IMG/VR virus record: IMGVR_UViG_3300032227_000383
Span: 1 to 51,215 of that record
Origin: a virus
Taxonomy: Duplodnaviria > Caudoviricetes
Length of the DNA: 51,215 nucleotides
Reading direction: 5' to 3' (one strand)
Shown: piece by piece, positions 25,907 to 35,745 of the stretch
Position numbering within the stretch: the stretch's first letter is position 1
Layout: each line of letters opens with the position of its first letter
Translations under genes and position numbers: made by a program
Notes under the pieces: generated by a model
The model's database searches: none
What the model was told of the DNA's origin: nothing
What the model saw: only the letters and a program-made list of their open reading frames with translations

Positions 25907-26299
25907 ATGACCGGAAAATGTGGTTATGTCCAAGGCTCTCAGCCCAAAAGCCACAAGCCTGCGCAGGATCGAGTCAATCCTTCCTCTCCTCGCAGGTCGT
26001 CAAATTTCCGGTCAAATATCATTGGCGAAATCAAGTCGCGTCTAGGCGCTGGTCAGATCGAGATGCTCTGCAAGGAATGGCTACCCGATGGGAAGCGGCA
26101 GGGCGGCTGGTATGTGGCCAAGAACCCTTGGCGCAGCGATAACAATCCGTCCCTTGGCGTGTCGTTTTCCACAGGGAAATGGCGTGACTTCGCGACGGGA
26201 GAGAGTGGAGATATGATTGATCTTTCGATGCGCCTGTTTGGCGATAACTTGCAGGACACGCTGGTCGGGTTCGCTGAGATGCTTGGCATTCAGTCATGA
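25907..26299 (+). CDS. Stand-alone primase N-terminal (degenerate CHC2-like) domain protein
   Basis: WLPDGK..G.....NPWRSD..PSL.V....GKW.DFATGE.GD.IDL......A..LG; directly upstream of the TOPRIM gene. Confidence 0.65.
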   Translation: MTGKCGYVQGSQPKSHKPAQDRVNPSSPRRSSNFRSNIIGEIKSRLGAGQIEMLCKEWLPDGKRQGGWYVAKNPWRSDNNPSLGVSFSTGKWRDFATGESGDMIDLSMRLFGDNLQDTLVGFAEMLGIQS

Positions 26300-28698
26300 A
26301 GAAGGTTGACCTGACCAAGGCTCCGTCAGGGGATGTCACCGATACCATCTCCATTGTCACACCCATGCCAGAACCGATTGTGGTTCCGGCGTTCTTGACG
26401 CGGGCGATGGGTGATCCTGACACGACATGGACATACCGGATGCCTGACGGCAATGCCTATGGCGCCGTCTGCCGCTGGGATCCTGAGGGTAAGCGAAAAG
26501 AAATCCGACCCATCGTCTGGAACGGCAAGGAACACGTCACGTCAGGGTTCGGGGCGGATCGACCACTGTATAACAGCGACCGCATGGCCCTGTCGCCATC
26601 GTGCCCAGTGCTGATCGTCGAGGGCGAGAAGACCGTCGATGCGGCGCAGCAGTACGTGCCGGAGGGGTGGATCGTCACGACGTGGCAGGGCGGATCGTCT
26701 GCCGCGCTTCAGGCAGACTGGTCGGCAATGGCCGGTCATGCCTGCGTGTTCTGGCCTGACAATGACGATGCCGGAATTGGGGCTGCCGCTGATGTTCAGA
26801 TTAGACTGGCGCAGATTGGCGTGGCCTGCTCCATCGTGGCGCTGGGCGAGGCGTTCCCTGAGAAGTGGGACTTGGCCGACCCGCTGCCGGAGAAGTTCAA
26901 GGCATCACAGATCACAGCGCTGCTGAAGCGTGAGTTGAAGCGCGCTGCCGTCGCCAAGATCGATTTGCCACCACCTGAAAAGGTTGAGCCGCAAGACCCA
27001 GACGAAAGCGCGGAGCGTGAGTATCGTTGCCTTGGGTATGACCGGGACTTCTATTATATCATGTCGCAGCAGAATTTCATCATCAAGCAGTATGCATCGT
27101 CGGCGCTGATGACTGAGCGCGGATGCCGCGCGATCTATCCGGACGCTGGCTTCTGGGGTGCGCCGCAGGGCAAGCCTGAGGGCAAGGGCGTGAACTGGAT
27201 CGAGGCTGGCCTGTCGGTGATGGACAGGTGCCACAAGGTGGGCATCTATGATCCGCGCCGTCTGCGTGGACGTGGTGTCTGGATCGACAAGGCGGAGGAC
27301 AGCGTTGATCGTGTCATCCTGAACACCGGCAACAAACTAATGATCACCCGACCCAATACGCCGGTCAAGGAAGCGTCCTTCGTGCGTGTCCGCAGCAAGT
27401 GGATTTACGAGAAGGCCGAGAACCTGATCATCGATGTCGATGACTATCAGACCAAGGCGACGGACGAAGACGGGCGCATGATCCGTGAGCTGTGCAACAG
27501 GGTCCGCTGGGATGCGCCGATCTATGGCGACCTGTTGGCTGGCTGGATTGCGACGGCTGTCGTATGCGGCGGGTTGCAATGGCGCACGCACTGCTGGGTC
27601 ACCGGCAACCAAGGGTCAGGCAAGTCGACCGTCGTCAACGAGGTGGCCGCTGCGTGCCTTGGGGACTTGGCGCTCTACCCGCTGGGCGCAACGACCGAGG
27701 CTGGCATTCGTCAGGCTGTCGAGAATGACGCCATGCCAGTGGTGTTCGATGAGAGCGAGTCGGATGACAAGGCGAAGATGCAAGCAGAGGCGCGGCGCAA
27801 GGCCGTCCTCGACCTGATGCGTCAGTCATCCAGCGAAGGGCGTGGCCGCATCCTGAAGGGGTCGGCGAACCACAGCGCGCGCGCCTTCACGATGCGGTCA
27901 TCGTTCCTCATGTCATCGATTGGCGTTGGCTTGAAAGAGGCTGCCGACCTGACGCGAACAGCGGTGCTAACCATCCGCCCTATTGAAAGCTTCAGTTTTC
28001 AGGAGCGCAAGGCGAAGGAGCAGCTATTCAAGGACTTCGTGAGCCTTGCTGCAGAGATGCCACTCGATATGCCGCAGCGGCTGCTGTCGAGACAGGTCGG
28101 CAACCTGTTCACGCTCCGTCACAACATCGAGGTCTTCAAGGAAACAATTGCCGTGTCGCTGGCTAACCGCCGGATCGGGGATCAGTTAGGTACGCTGTTG
28201 GCCGGATGCCACAGCCTGTACTCATCGCAGCGGCTGACGCCAAAGAAATGCGAGGCATACATCGAGCGCTATAACTGGGACGAGTTCACCAGCGTCAAGG
28301 CAGAGCGCGAAGACATGGCTCTGCTGCATCACATCGCTGGCTCGATGATCCGCGCCGAGACGAACCACGGGGTGCAGGACCGGACCATCGGCGAGATCTT
28401 GGAGATTGTCTTCAAGCGTCAAGAGTTTGGCGACATCTCCCTGAAGGTTGCCGAGGAGACGCTCATGCGCTTCGGCTTGCGGATGGAGCGTGAGCGCGGG
28501 CAATTGAAGGGGGTTTGGATTGCGACCAGTGTCGCGGCCCTGAACAGGCTTATGCAGACGTCCGTTTATTTTGAGGGGTGGACCGGCGTCCTGCTGCGCC
28601 ATCCGTATGCCAAGAAATCAGAGGGTGCGATCCGCTTTAAGGGGATCAACAGCAGGGCGATTTATATGCCGATGCAGGAGTGGCCGATAGACCTATGA
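26296..28698 (+). CDS. Primase-helicase (TOPRIM plus C-terminal P-loop ATPase)
   Basis: PLY...VLIVEGEK..DA; WPDNDDAG; WDLAD (TOPRIM); GNQGSGKS Walker A; VVFDESE Walker B. Confidence 0.88.
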   Translation: MKKVDLTKAPSGDVTDTISIVTPMPEPIVVPAFLTRAMGDPDTTWTYRMPDGNAYGAVCRWDPEGKRKEIRPIVWNGKEHVTSGFGADRPLYNSDRMALSPSCPVLIVEGEKTVDAAQQYVPEGWIVTTWQGGSSAALQADWSAMAGHACVFWPDNDDAGIGAAADVQIRLAQIGVACSIVALGEAFPEKWDLADPLPEKFKASQITALLKRELKRAAVAKIDLPPPEKVEPQDPDESAEREYRCLGYDRDFYYIMSQQNFIIKQYASSALMTERGCRAIYPDAGFWGAPQGKPEGKGVNWIEAGLSVMDRCHKVGIYDPRRLRGRGVWIDKAEDSVDRVILNTGNKLMITRPNTPVKEASFVRVRSKWIYEKAENLIIDVDDYQTKATDEDGRMIRELCNRVRWDAPIYGDLLAGWIATAVVCGGLQWRTHCWVTGNQGSGKSTVVNEVAAACLGDLALYPLGATTEAGIRQAVENDAMPVVFDESESDDKAKMQAEARRKAVLDLMRQSSSEGRGRILKGSANHSARAFTMRSSFLMSSIGVGLKEAADLTRTAVLTIRPIESFSFQERKAKEQLFKDFVSLAAEMPLDMPQRLLSRQVGNLFTLRHNIEVFKETIAVSLANRRIGDQLGTLLAGCHSLYSSQRLTPKKCEAYIERYNWDEFTSVKAEREDMALLHHIAGSMIRAETNHGVQDRTIGEILEIVFKRQEFGDISLKVAEETLMRFGLRMERERGQLKGVWIATSVAALNRLMQTSVYFEGWTGVLLRHPYAKKSEGAIRFKGINSRAIYMPMQEWPIDL

Positions 28699-28883
28699 GC
28701 AAGAAGACAAAAGTTGGCGCCAAAAATCTTGAACTGGCTGGCCAGATGGCAAACAGCTGGAGCGATGAGGTTCTCGCGGCCAAGACAGCCGAGCAGTTCG
28801 CTGCGTCGTTCGGCATCCCCCTGCTGAGGGCTGAGGAAATGCTCACCAACATCCGCAATAGGCGTAAAATAAGTGTTGAATAG
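28695..28883 (+). CDS. Hypothetical protein
   Basis: MSKKTK; ATGA overlap. Confidence 0.55.
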   Translation: MSKKTKVGAKNLELAGQMANSWSDEVLAAKTAEQFAASFGIPLLRAEEMLTNIRNRRKISVE

Positions 28884-28930
28884 CACGGCGGGTGTGATAA
28901 ATTTAATTATTGATTTGAATTGGAGATTGA

Positions 28931-29161
28931 ATGTCGGATTATCAGATTGAGCGGGATCACGTTATCCCTGCCATGCGTGCGCACAAAGGCCGTAAAGAGA
29001 AGTATCCTTGGTCTGGCCTTGAGGTTGGCGACAGTTTCTTTGTCGACGGCGGTGACGCCCGCTCGATGACCAGCACGGCATCGCACGCCGGTCGGCGCAA
29101 TGGGAAGAAGTTTATTGCCCGCGCAGAGCTGGGTGGTGTTCGGGTCTGGCGGTACGAGTAA
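28931..29161 (+). CDS. Small putative DNA-binding protein (KYPW..LEVGDSF family)
   Basis: KYPW..LEVGDSFFV...KF..R....GVRVWR. Confidence 0.7.
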   Translation: MSDYQIERDHVIPAMRAHKGRKEKYPWSGLEVGDSFFVDGGDARSMTSTASHAGRRNGKKFIARAELGGVRVWRYE

Positions 29162-29167
29162 GCCGAC

Positions 29168-29386
29168 GTGGACGCCGACCTAAGAAAGATGGTTGAGCAG
29201 GAACTCAGAGATCGCGCCGGCGTGCGGTTCGACTTTGAGTGCCGAAAGACGCATGACCGCATCATCCTGTCATTTGAGAATAAGAGCAAGTTTGTCACGG
29301 TGTCCAAGAGCCCGTCCGATTACAGAGCGATGATGAACAGGCGTCGGGATATCAGAAAAGTTTTAAAGGAGTTTGAAAATGGGTGA
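29168..29386 (+). CDS. Hypothetical protein (HicA-like fold possible)
   Basis: H......V..SKSPSDYRA..N.R.DIR motif. Confidence 0.55.
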   Translation: MDADLRKMVEQELRDRAGVRFDFECRKTHDRIILSFENKSKFVTVSKSPSDYRAMMNRRRDIRKVLKEFENG

Positions 29387-29666
29387 ACTACCAACGCCAC
29401 AGGCGACTGAATTGCTTGGCCGCGCCGCCGCGCTATTGGCGGAACGCGGCAGGGATTACGACCACCATGAGGGTGAAAGGTCAGTGAGCAAGACCGTTGA
29501 TGTATTTAATGCGATCACTGGCAAAAAGATGACGAAGACGGAAGGCTGGTTGTTTATGATCTGCCTCAAGCAAGTGCGTGCGTTCACCACCTTCCCACAC
29601 CATGAGGATAGCCTGCATGACCTGATCGCATACTCTGCCTTGATGGCGGAGGAGGCTCTGTCGTGA
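29379..29666 (+). CDS. DUF6378-like protein
   Basis: L..AA.L..ERG.DY...ERS....FNAITG......GW.FM..LK.VR.....H.DS..D..AY.AL..E. Confidence 0.75.
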   Translation: MGELPTPQATELLGRAAALLAERGRDYDHHEGERSVSKTVDVFNAITGKKMTKTEGWLFMICLKQVRAFTTFPHHEDSLHDLIAYSALMAEEALS

Positions 29667-29959
29667 TGCTCACGCCGCGAGAACGGAGGCGGATGATTAT
29701 CGCTCAGGTGTGCGATCATCACGGCGTTGCGGTCGAGGAGGTAATGGGCAGGAGCAGGTTTAAGCGGATCTGCACCGCGCGCAAAGAGGCATACGCCATG
29801 CTCCGAGAGGAGAGGCTATCTTACCCAACGATTGGGAGGATGTTTGGCCGTGACCACACAACGGTGGTCGATGGCGTACAAAGATACAGAAGGGATCAGA
29901 ATGAAGACGATAAACAGGAATCCGACCGTGGGCAACCAGAGCAAGCTTGTTACGGATGA
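29663..29959 (+). CDS. DnaA C-terminal (domain IV) helix-turn-helix protein
   Basis: II..VC....V....V.G.SR...I..AR..A..M......SYP.IGR.FGRDHTTV. Confidence 0.85.
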   Translation: MMLTPRERRRMIIAQVCDHHGVAVEEVMGRSRFKRICTARKEAYAMLREERLSYPTIGRMFGRDHTTVVDGVQRYRRDQNEDDKQESDRGQPEQACYG

Positions 29960-30140
29960 GTCTTACACAGATCCCAAGATGACGGCGCACATTGAGTCTT
30001 GCGTAAAAGGATCAAGGGAACTGTGCGCTGCGATACTGAAGACGGGAAAGCTTTACCGGAAGATGACACCGGCTGAGCAGTTGGACGCAAGGGCATACGC
30101 TTACGGCCCTGATCTAGTTGATAAGAGGACATGGAAATGA
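29901..30140 (+). CDS. Hypothetical protein
   Basis: MKTINRNP; gene packing. Confidence 0.5.
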   Translation: MKTINRNPTVGNQSKLVTDESYTDPKMTAHIESCVKGSRELCAAILKTGKLYRKMTPAEQLDARAYAYGPDLVDKRTWK

Positions 30141-30364
30141 CTGACCAATTTACATATCGGAAAGAGTACAAGCTGACCAAGGGGTACACCGTTGAGTTCT
30201 CGCTGAGCGCCATCGCAGGGCCGGTGACTTCATTGGAGGCGGTGTGGTCACCGCGCGTGCCGCCGTCGAAGATTGTGAAGGGTAAATTCTTGGAGGCGTA
30301 TCGAAACGCCCGTAACGATTTCGTCGGATCCCTTGGTATGAACTCGATGGTGGTTGAGGCATGA
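30137..30364 (+). CDS. Hypothetical protein
   Basis: WSP.VP......L.AYR.ARN.F motif. Confidence 0.6.
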   Translation: MTDQFTYRKEYKLTKGYTVEFSLSAIAGPVTSLEAVWSPRVPPSKIVKGKFLEAYRNARNDFVGSLGMNSMVVEA

Positions 30365-30489
30365 CCGGCCCGGACCCCCTGCTGTTCTTCACGGTGATCG
30401 CGATGATGGTCGCCACCGTCTACCTGATCCTCACCGCGCCGAATTTGACGGCGGAAGAGCGCAAAGAGATGGAGGACGATTGGCCATGA
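30361..30489 (+). CDS. 42-aa single-TM peptide
   Basis: MTGPDPLLFFTVIAMMVATVYLILTAPNLT...; ATGA overlaps at both ends. Confidence 0.55.
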   Translation: MTGPDPLLFFTVIAMMVATVYLILTAPNLTAEERKEMEDDWP

Positions 30490-30773
30490 CCGACCAAACA
30501 CCAGAAGACTGGGTGCTGATCGAAGCCGCGAAGCGGTGCGGGTGGGAGTGTGGCACCGCCGAACTCTACTATGATAACCCCGTATACGGCGCACTCTGCG
30601 ACATGATCGCCAAGCACGAACAGAAGCCGGTTGATCGCAAGCTGCTGTGCGCGCAAGCCGCCCTTACTGGCGCGCTGATTGAATTGGATGCGTCACGTTT
30701 CCCAAAGAAGGAATGTATGTGGGATGCTTGCGTCCGCGCCATCGAACTTTGGGAAGAGGGGTTTGGGAAATGA
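30486..30773 (+). CDS. Hypothetical protein
   Basis: MTDQTPEDWVLIEAAKR; GGAGG RBS. Confidence 0.6.
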   Translation: MTDQTPEDWVLIEAAKRCGWECGTAELYYDNPVYGALCDMIAKHEQKPVDRKLLCAQAALTGALIELDASRFPKKECMWDACVRAIELWEEGFGK

Positions 30774-31051
30774 GCGACATCGACAAGGCGCTGGTGGAGC
30801 GTCTGCGGGGCGACTTGCCCGATAAGAAGGTGGAGAGCCACTGGATTACGGATTACACCGCTGTTGAGATGCAGAACCGTGAAGCCGCCGACCGCATCGA
30901 AGCCCAAGCGGCAGAGATTGAGGATTTGAAAAAGTCGCTAGAGATTTGGATATTCCACACTCAACGGGCGATGGGGCAGAAGCCTGACGATGCCCGCGCC
31001 TATGCCAAGGCTTGGCTTTTCCGCAATGCGAACGGGGAGGAGCCGGAATGA
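30770..31051 (+). CDS. Hypothetical protein (LVERLR...EAADRIE family)
   Basis: Motif recalled from phage early proteins. Confidence 0.6.
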   Translation: MSDIDKALVERLRGDLPDKKVESHWITDYTAVEMQNREAADRIEAQAAEIEDLKKSLEIWIFHTQRAMGQKPDDARAYAKAWLFRNANGEEPE

Positions 31052-31371
31052 GCGACCGGACAAAGGCAATGGACAGCCTGATTGCACAGGACGCAGACTT
31101 GATTGACGTCCCCTCTGGGGTGACGGAGACAGATCGGGAAGTGCTTATCCGCATCAGCAATCCAGATGACGAAACTGCCCAGCGTATTCGGCGCGGACTG
31201 ATCTATACTTGGGAGGCTAGGCAGATCGCCAACCACCGCGAACAGGCAGCAGTAGAGGAGCGCGCCAAGATCGTTGCGTATCTGCGGAACGGTAAGATCG
31301 TGCTGAGTATGGACGGAAGCAAGGAAGATGTAGCCGCCAGCGCCATCGAAGCAAAGGAGCATTTGAAATGA
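31048..31371 (+). CDS. Hypothetical protein
   Basis: ERA.IVAYLR...AIE..EH motif; GGAGG RBS. Confidence 0.6.
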   Translation: MSDRTKAMDSLIAQDADLIDVPSGVTETDREVLIRISNPDDETAQRIRRGLIYTWEARQIANHREQAAVEERAKIVAYLRNGKIVLSMDGSKEDVAASAIEAKEHLK

Positions 31372-31535
31372 GCGCATTGGGAATAACATTCGTGGCCTTG
31401 GCGCTGTCGTGGTTGGTCGGTCGCATCACGTCGGTGATCGACCACCCAATAGCCGACGCGATCCACATCATCTGCGTCCTGATATTCTTCGTCGCACTGG
31501 TGACCGGCGTTGTGCTGGTGGGGATGATGCTATGA
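31368..31535 (+). CDS. 55-aa two-TM membrane protein
   Basis: MSALGITFVALALSWLVG...IICVLIFFVALVTGVVLVGMML; AGGAG RBS. Confidence 0.55.
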   Translation: MSALGITFVALALSWLVGRITSVIDHPIADAIHIICVLIFFVALVTGVVLVGMML

Positions 31536-31566
31536 TCGAGGAGCGCATCGTGGAGGCTGGTGACGA

Positions 31567-33051
31567 ATGAAACTGAGGGATTATCAGGAAGATGCCATTC
31601 AGGCGGTGCGCGACAGCTTTCTGTCCTCGCACCGTCGAACCCTGCTGGTCAGCCCGACCGGCTCAGGCAAGACGCTGATGTTCAGTTACATCTCCGCCGG
31701 CATGGCGAAGAACAACAAGCGGATCCTGATCATCGCTCACAGAAGGGAGTTGCTGAAGCAGATCAGCGCCGCGCTCAAGCGCGTCGGCGTGTCGCACTCT
31801 GTGCTAGCTGCGGGAACGCCCGGCATCCCCCGCTCGAACGTGGTCGTTGCCTCCGTCTTCACGCTGGCCAACAGGCTTAAATTCTTTCCTGCCCCAGACC
31901 TGATCATCGGGGATGAGGCTCATCACTTCACGCCCAACTCGACGTGGGGCAAGGTGGTTGCGGCATTTCCGAAGTCCCGCGTCCTTGGTGTTACGGCCAC
32001 GCCAGAGCGCCTCGATGGCAAGGGGCTGGGCCTTATGTTCGATGACATGGTCATGGGCCCGACAGTGTCTGAGCTTACGGCACAGGGCTTCCTGTCACGC
32101 GCAGTGGTCTATGCACCAAGCGTTCCTGACCTTGGCTCAGTGAAGAGCCGGATGGGTGATTACGTTCAGTCCCAACTGGAAGACGCGATGGACAAGCCGG
32201 TGATCACCGGCAGTGCGGTTACTCACTACACCAAGTACGCCGCAGGGAAACGGGCGATTGCGTTCTGCGTCAGCGTCAAGCACGCCAAGGATGTGGCCGA
32301 AGACTTCAGGGCTGCTGGCTACACGGCAAGCCATGTCGACGGCGGCATGGATGAGAGGGAGCGCGACGGCGTTCTCAAGGCGTTCGAGGATGGCCGCATT
32401 CAGATTCTGACCAGCTGCGATCTAGTGAGCGAGGGCTTCGACCTTCCTGCAGTTGAGGTGGCGATCCTTCTGCGGCCGACGAAGAGCCTGTCGCTGTACC
32501 TGCAGCAATGTGGGCGGGCGATCAGGCCGCATGACGAGAAGGAGTATACGATCATCCTCGATCACGCTGGCAACACGATGCGCCACGGCTTCATCGATGA
32601 TGAGCGCGACTGGGTTCTCACTGACGGTGAGGCGCGGAGGGGCGGTAAGAAGGATGATGTGGCCTCCATTCGCACCTGCACTCAGTGCTTTGCAGTTCAC
32701 AGGCCAATGCCACAATGCCCTATGTGTGGCTTCTCATACCCCTTGAAGAGCCGTAAGGTGATGCAGCAGGATGGTGAGCTTCACGTTCTGAACAAGTCTG
32801 GTCAGGCCGGTGAGCGCACGCAGGATGATGTTCTCAATGAGAAGTTCCGCGTGCTTGTGAACGTGGCAAGGAAGCGTGGATACTCCAACCCAAGCAAGTG
32901 GGCGTTCAATGTGATCTGCGGGCAGGAGAGCGCCCGACTTGCCAAGCGGCGCAGCGCGCAGGGACTCAAAACAGTCGACGGAATAACCGACAGTGAAAGG
33001 CAAGAGATATGGAAAGCGACGATTGGGAAGGCGACGGCTACGTCGAAGTGA
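31567..33051 (+). CDS. SF2 DEAD/DEAH-box helicase with C-terminal zinc ribbon
   Basis: LRDYQ; PTGSGKT; DEAHH; TATP; EGFD; QQCGR..R; CTQC...CPMC. Confidence 0.95.
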   Translation: MKLRDYQEDAIQAVRDSFLSSHRRTLLVSPTGSGKTLMFSYISAGMAKNNKRILIIAHRRELLKQISAALKRVGVSHSVLAAGTPGIPRSNVVVASVFTLANRLKFFPAPDLIIGDEAHHFTPNSTWGKVVAAFPKSRVLGVTATPERLDGKGLGLMFDDMVMGPTVSELTAQGFLSRAVVYAPSVPDLGSVKSRMGDYVQSQLEDAMDKPVITGSAVTHYTKYAAGKRAIAFCVSVKHAKDVAEDFRAAGYTASHVDGGMDERERDGVLKAFEDGRIQILTSCDLVSEGFDLPAVEVAILLRPTKSLSLYLQQCGRAIRPHDEKEYTIILDHAGNTMRHGFIDDERDWVLTDGEARRGGKKDDVASIRTCTQCFAVHRPMPQCPMCGFSYPLKSRKVMQQDGELHVLNKSGQAGERTQDDVLNEKFRVLVNVARKRGYSNPSKWAFNVICGQESARLAKRRSAQGLKTVDGITDSERQEIWKATIGKATATSK

Positions 33052-33227
33052 GCGTGCCGACCGAGCTGATCAAGCGATTGATCAATGCAATTAGCGGCGT
33101 GATGCAGGAGTGGGAGAAGGAATCCAAGGGCGAGTTCACTGCCCTCATTGGCAACACGGCAATGCACATAGCCGCCGACTTCATCGATGCCAGCATGGAG
33201 CGCGTTCAGGGTGAGACGATGCAATGA
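33009..33227 (+). CDS. Hypothetical protein
   Basis: 72-aa ORF between helicase and nuclease. Confidence 0.5.
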   Translation: MESDDWEGDGYVEVSVPTELIKRLINAISGVMQEWEKESKGEFTALIGNTAMHIAADFIDASMERVQGETMQ

Positions 33228-33547
33228 GCAGTGAAGCTGCGATCCAGCAGGAGATACGCCTCGCCCTTGGTATGCGCGAAGACATCATGATGTTCCGCAT
33301 CAACGTCGGGAAATTCAGGCCGCTCGATGGCGGACCCCGTGTGATCCAGTCGGCGCCTGAAGGTACGCCTGATCTGTTGGGTGTCATGTCACCCGGTCGC
33401 GCCTTCGCTATCGAGGTGAAGGCCGAGAAGGGGAGGCAGCGCACGGCGCAGGTTGCGTGGCAGAACGCATGGGAGAAGCGCGGCGGCATATATATTTTGG
33501 CGCGCTGCGTTGAGGATGTTTACAAAGGTCTTGACATCCAACCATAA
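33224..33547 (+). CDS. VRR-NUC domain nuclease (putative Holliday junction resolvase)
   Basis: E..IQ..I; R.NVG; G.PDL; IEVK...G.....Q..W. Confidence 0.9.
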   Translation: MSSEAAIQQEIRLALGMREDIMMFRINVGKFRPLDGGPRVIQSAPEGTPDLLGVMSPGRAFAIEVKAEKGRQRTAQVAWQNAWEKRGGIYILARCVEDVYKGLDIQP

Positions 33548-33558
33548 CCGCATACATT
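33531..33558 (+). promoter_or_regulatory. Sigma70-type promoter for recombination operon
   Basis: TTGACA-16 nt-TACATT upstream of AGGAG RBS. Confidence 0.5.
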
Positions 33559-33590
33559 CGTAGAGCAATAACAATCAGGAGCATAACAAT

Positions 33591-34529
33591 ATGGCGCACA
33601 TACAAGTACGCGACGAGGCCCATTGGCATGAGCTTCGCGCAAAGCACATCGGCGGCAGCGACATCGCTGGCCTGTTCGGTCTATCGAGCTTCACCACCCG
33701 CTGGAAACTGTGGATGGAGAAGTCTGGACGCATGTCACCGGAGGACATCTCTGGCAACAAGTCCGTGCAGGCTGGGACATTCCTTGAAAGCGGCATCGCT
33801 GCATGGGCGGCACACCGCTGGAAGATGCCGGTCACCAAGGTCAGCGACTATTACACGGTCGATGACTGTCCGGGCATGGGGGCGTCGTTCGACTTTGTCA
33901 CTGAAGGCGGTCACCCTGTCGAGATCAAATGGTCATCGACGTTCGCGGATGGCTGGGAGTACGAAGGCGACGTGATCACTGACGCGCCGGAGAACTATAT
34001 CCTTCAGGTCCAGCACCAGTTGGCTTGCACGGATGCTGAGTATGGCTGGCTGGTCGCACTGCTGCGTGACGAGCCGCGCCGCATGAAGATCCCGCGCAAT
34101 GAGAACATCATCAATGCAATCAAGGCTGAGGTGCGCGCATTCTGGCAGAGCATTGAAGATGGCTTTGAGCCGGAGGTCGATTACTCTGCTGACGCTGAGG
34201 CCATCGGTCGCCTGATGGAGCAGACGCCGATCACTGACATCACCCTTGGTGGTGAGTATGAGCAGTTGTTCATCGACTATGTCAAAGCGTCTGAAGATGA
34301 GAAGGTGGCGAAATCCATCAAGGATTCGACCAAGGCTGAGATCCTTCTCGTTACAAGGGCCGAGATGCTGAAGCAGAACACATCTCAGGAGAAGGCGAAG
34401 GTTGCTTGCGGTGCGCGCAAGATGTCGATCAGCACGGTGAAGCCCAACTTTGGGACAACGATCACCGAGGAGATGGTTGGAGAGGTTATCAACACCCGCA
34501 AGGGATATCAGACAGTGAGGATTTCATGA
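33591..34529 (+). CDS. YqaJ-like viral recombinase exonuclease
   Basis: W...R...IGGSD.A...G; G..LE; ASFD; VEIK; Y..QVQHQL. Confidence 0.92.
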   Translation: MAHIQVRDEAHWHELRAKHIGGSDIAGLFGLSSFTTRWKLWMEKSGRMSPEDISGNKSVQAGTFLESGIAAWAAHRWKMPVTKVSDYYTVDDCPGMGASFDFVTEGGHPVEIKWSSTFADGWEYEGDVITDAPENYILQVQHQLACTDAEYGWLVALLRDEPRRMKIPRNENIINAIKAEVRAFWQSIEDGFEPEVDYSADAEAIGRLMEQTPITDITLGGEYEQLFIDYVKASEDEKVAKSIKDSTKAEILLVTRAEMLKQNTSQEKAKVACGARKMSISTVKPNFGTTITEEMVGEVINTRKGYQTVRIS

Positions 34530-34684
34530 CGGACACGGTCATCAGGGTGGACACCAAGAAGCTTGTGGAGTTGCGCGCAGCGTGCGCCAGCCATCCACTC
34601 AAGCCCACAATTAAGGCCGCGACAGAGCGCGGCATCAGCCTCGTTATTAAGGAGATAGAAGATGGAACAAGGAACGCCAAGTAA
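34526..34684 (+). CDS. Small protein, possibly ribbon-helix-helix
   Basis: MTDTVIRVD...; ATGA overlap. Confidence 0.45.
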   Translation: MTDTVIRVDTKKLVELRAACASHPLKPTIKAATERGISLVIKEIEDGTRNAK

Positions 34685-35732
34685 CCTTCCCGCCAAGCCG
34701 ATTGATCGGTTCAAGCAGGAGATCGCGCTGCGCAAGGAGTCTGTTATGAACAGGCTGCCGCAGCACTATAGCTGGGACCGCTATCAGGGTGTCGTTGAAG
34801 GCGCGGTCATGAACAACATGGACCTGCTGGAGTGCGACCGTAAGAGCCTGCTGCTGGCCTGCCTCGATGCGGCTGCACTGGGCCTCGATCTCAACAAGTC
34901 GATGGCTGAGGCTGACATCCTCAAGGTCTGGAACAACAAGACCAAGCGGTATGAGGCGCAGTTCCGTCCACGCTACAAGGGCCTGATGAAGTTGGCGCTG
35001 CAGACTGGCGAGGTTCTGAAGATCGAAAGCCGCATCGTGTACGAGAACGATGAGTTCGAGATCATCGAAGGCACCACCGGCAGCATCGTCCACAAGCGCA
35101 AGCTCAGTGGCCGCGGCAGCATGATCGGTGCGTATTGCGTATGGACCCTGCGTAATGGCGAGACGCAGTTCGAAGTGATGAGCAAGGAAGAAATCCACGC
35201 CATCCGCGACCGCTCCTCATCGAAGACCAAGGAAGGTAAGGTCGTTGGCCCTTGGGTCACTGACGAAGCCGAGATGTGGCGGAAGACTGTGGTGCGCCGC
35301 GCCACAAAGTATATGCCTATGTCGCCTGACGCAGCGCGCGCAGTCCACAAGGACAACGTGGCGGAGGGTGTGTTCGAAGCCGACGAGTATGACGGCGATA
35401 CGTTCGACATCACAGACTTCGAAGAGGTTCAGGTGGTGACAGAAGACGAGCCTGAGCCCGCCGCCGAGAAGGTGTCGACGCTTGAGGAGAAGCTTGCCAA
35501 GGTGCGCAGCGTCGAGCCAGCGCAGCACGTCGAGATCGAAGTCCTTGAGTGTGTTGAGGACGAAGACGGCATCCCTGACTGGGATATGTGGGGCGAGAGC
35601 GCCATCCGCATCGTGTCGGACCTCGACCCAGCCGTGCGCAAGCAATGGCGCAAAGTTCATGCATCCATGATGGATGAAGCCGAGCTGATGTCACCCAATG
35701 CGGTGAACAAGCTTTTGAAACTGTTCAACTAA
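34662..35732 (+). CDS. recT: RecT family single-strand annealing recombinase
   Basis: L.EC...SL......A.LGL; AQF...YKG...LA; VYEND.F; PW.TD..EM..KTV.RR..KY.P.S. Confidence 0.93.
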   Translation: MEQGTPSNLPAKPIDRFKQEIALRKESVMNRLPQHYSWDRYQGVVEGAVMNNMDLLECDRKSLLLACLDAAALGLDLNKSMAEADILKVWNNKTKRYEAQFRPRYKGLMKLALQTGEVLKIESRIVYENDEFEIIEGTTGSIVHKRKLSGRGSMIGAYCVWTLRNGETQFEVMSKEEIHAIRDRSSSKTKEGKVVGPWVTDEAEMWRKTVVRRATKYMPMSPDAARAVHKDNVAEGVFEADEYDGDTFDITDFEEVQVVTEDEPEPAAEKVSTLEEKLAKVRSVEPAQHVEIEVLECVEDEDGIPDWDMWGESAIRIVSDLDPAVRKQWRKVHASMMDEAELMSPNAVNKLLKLFN

Positions 35733-35745
35733 GAGGAGCTTACCA

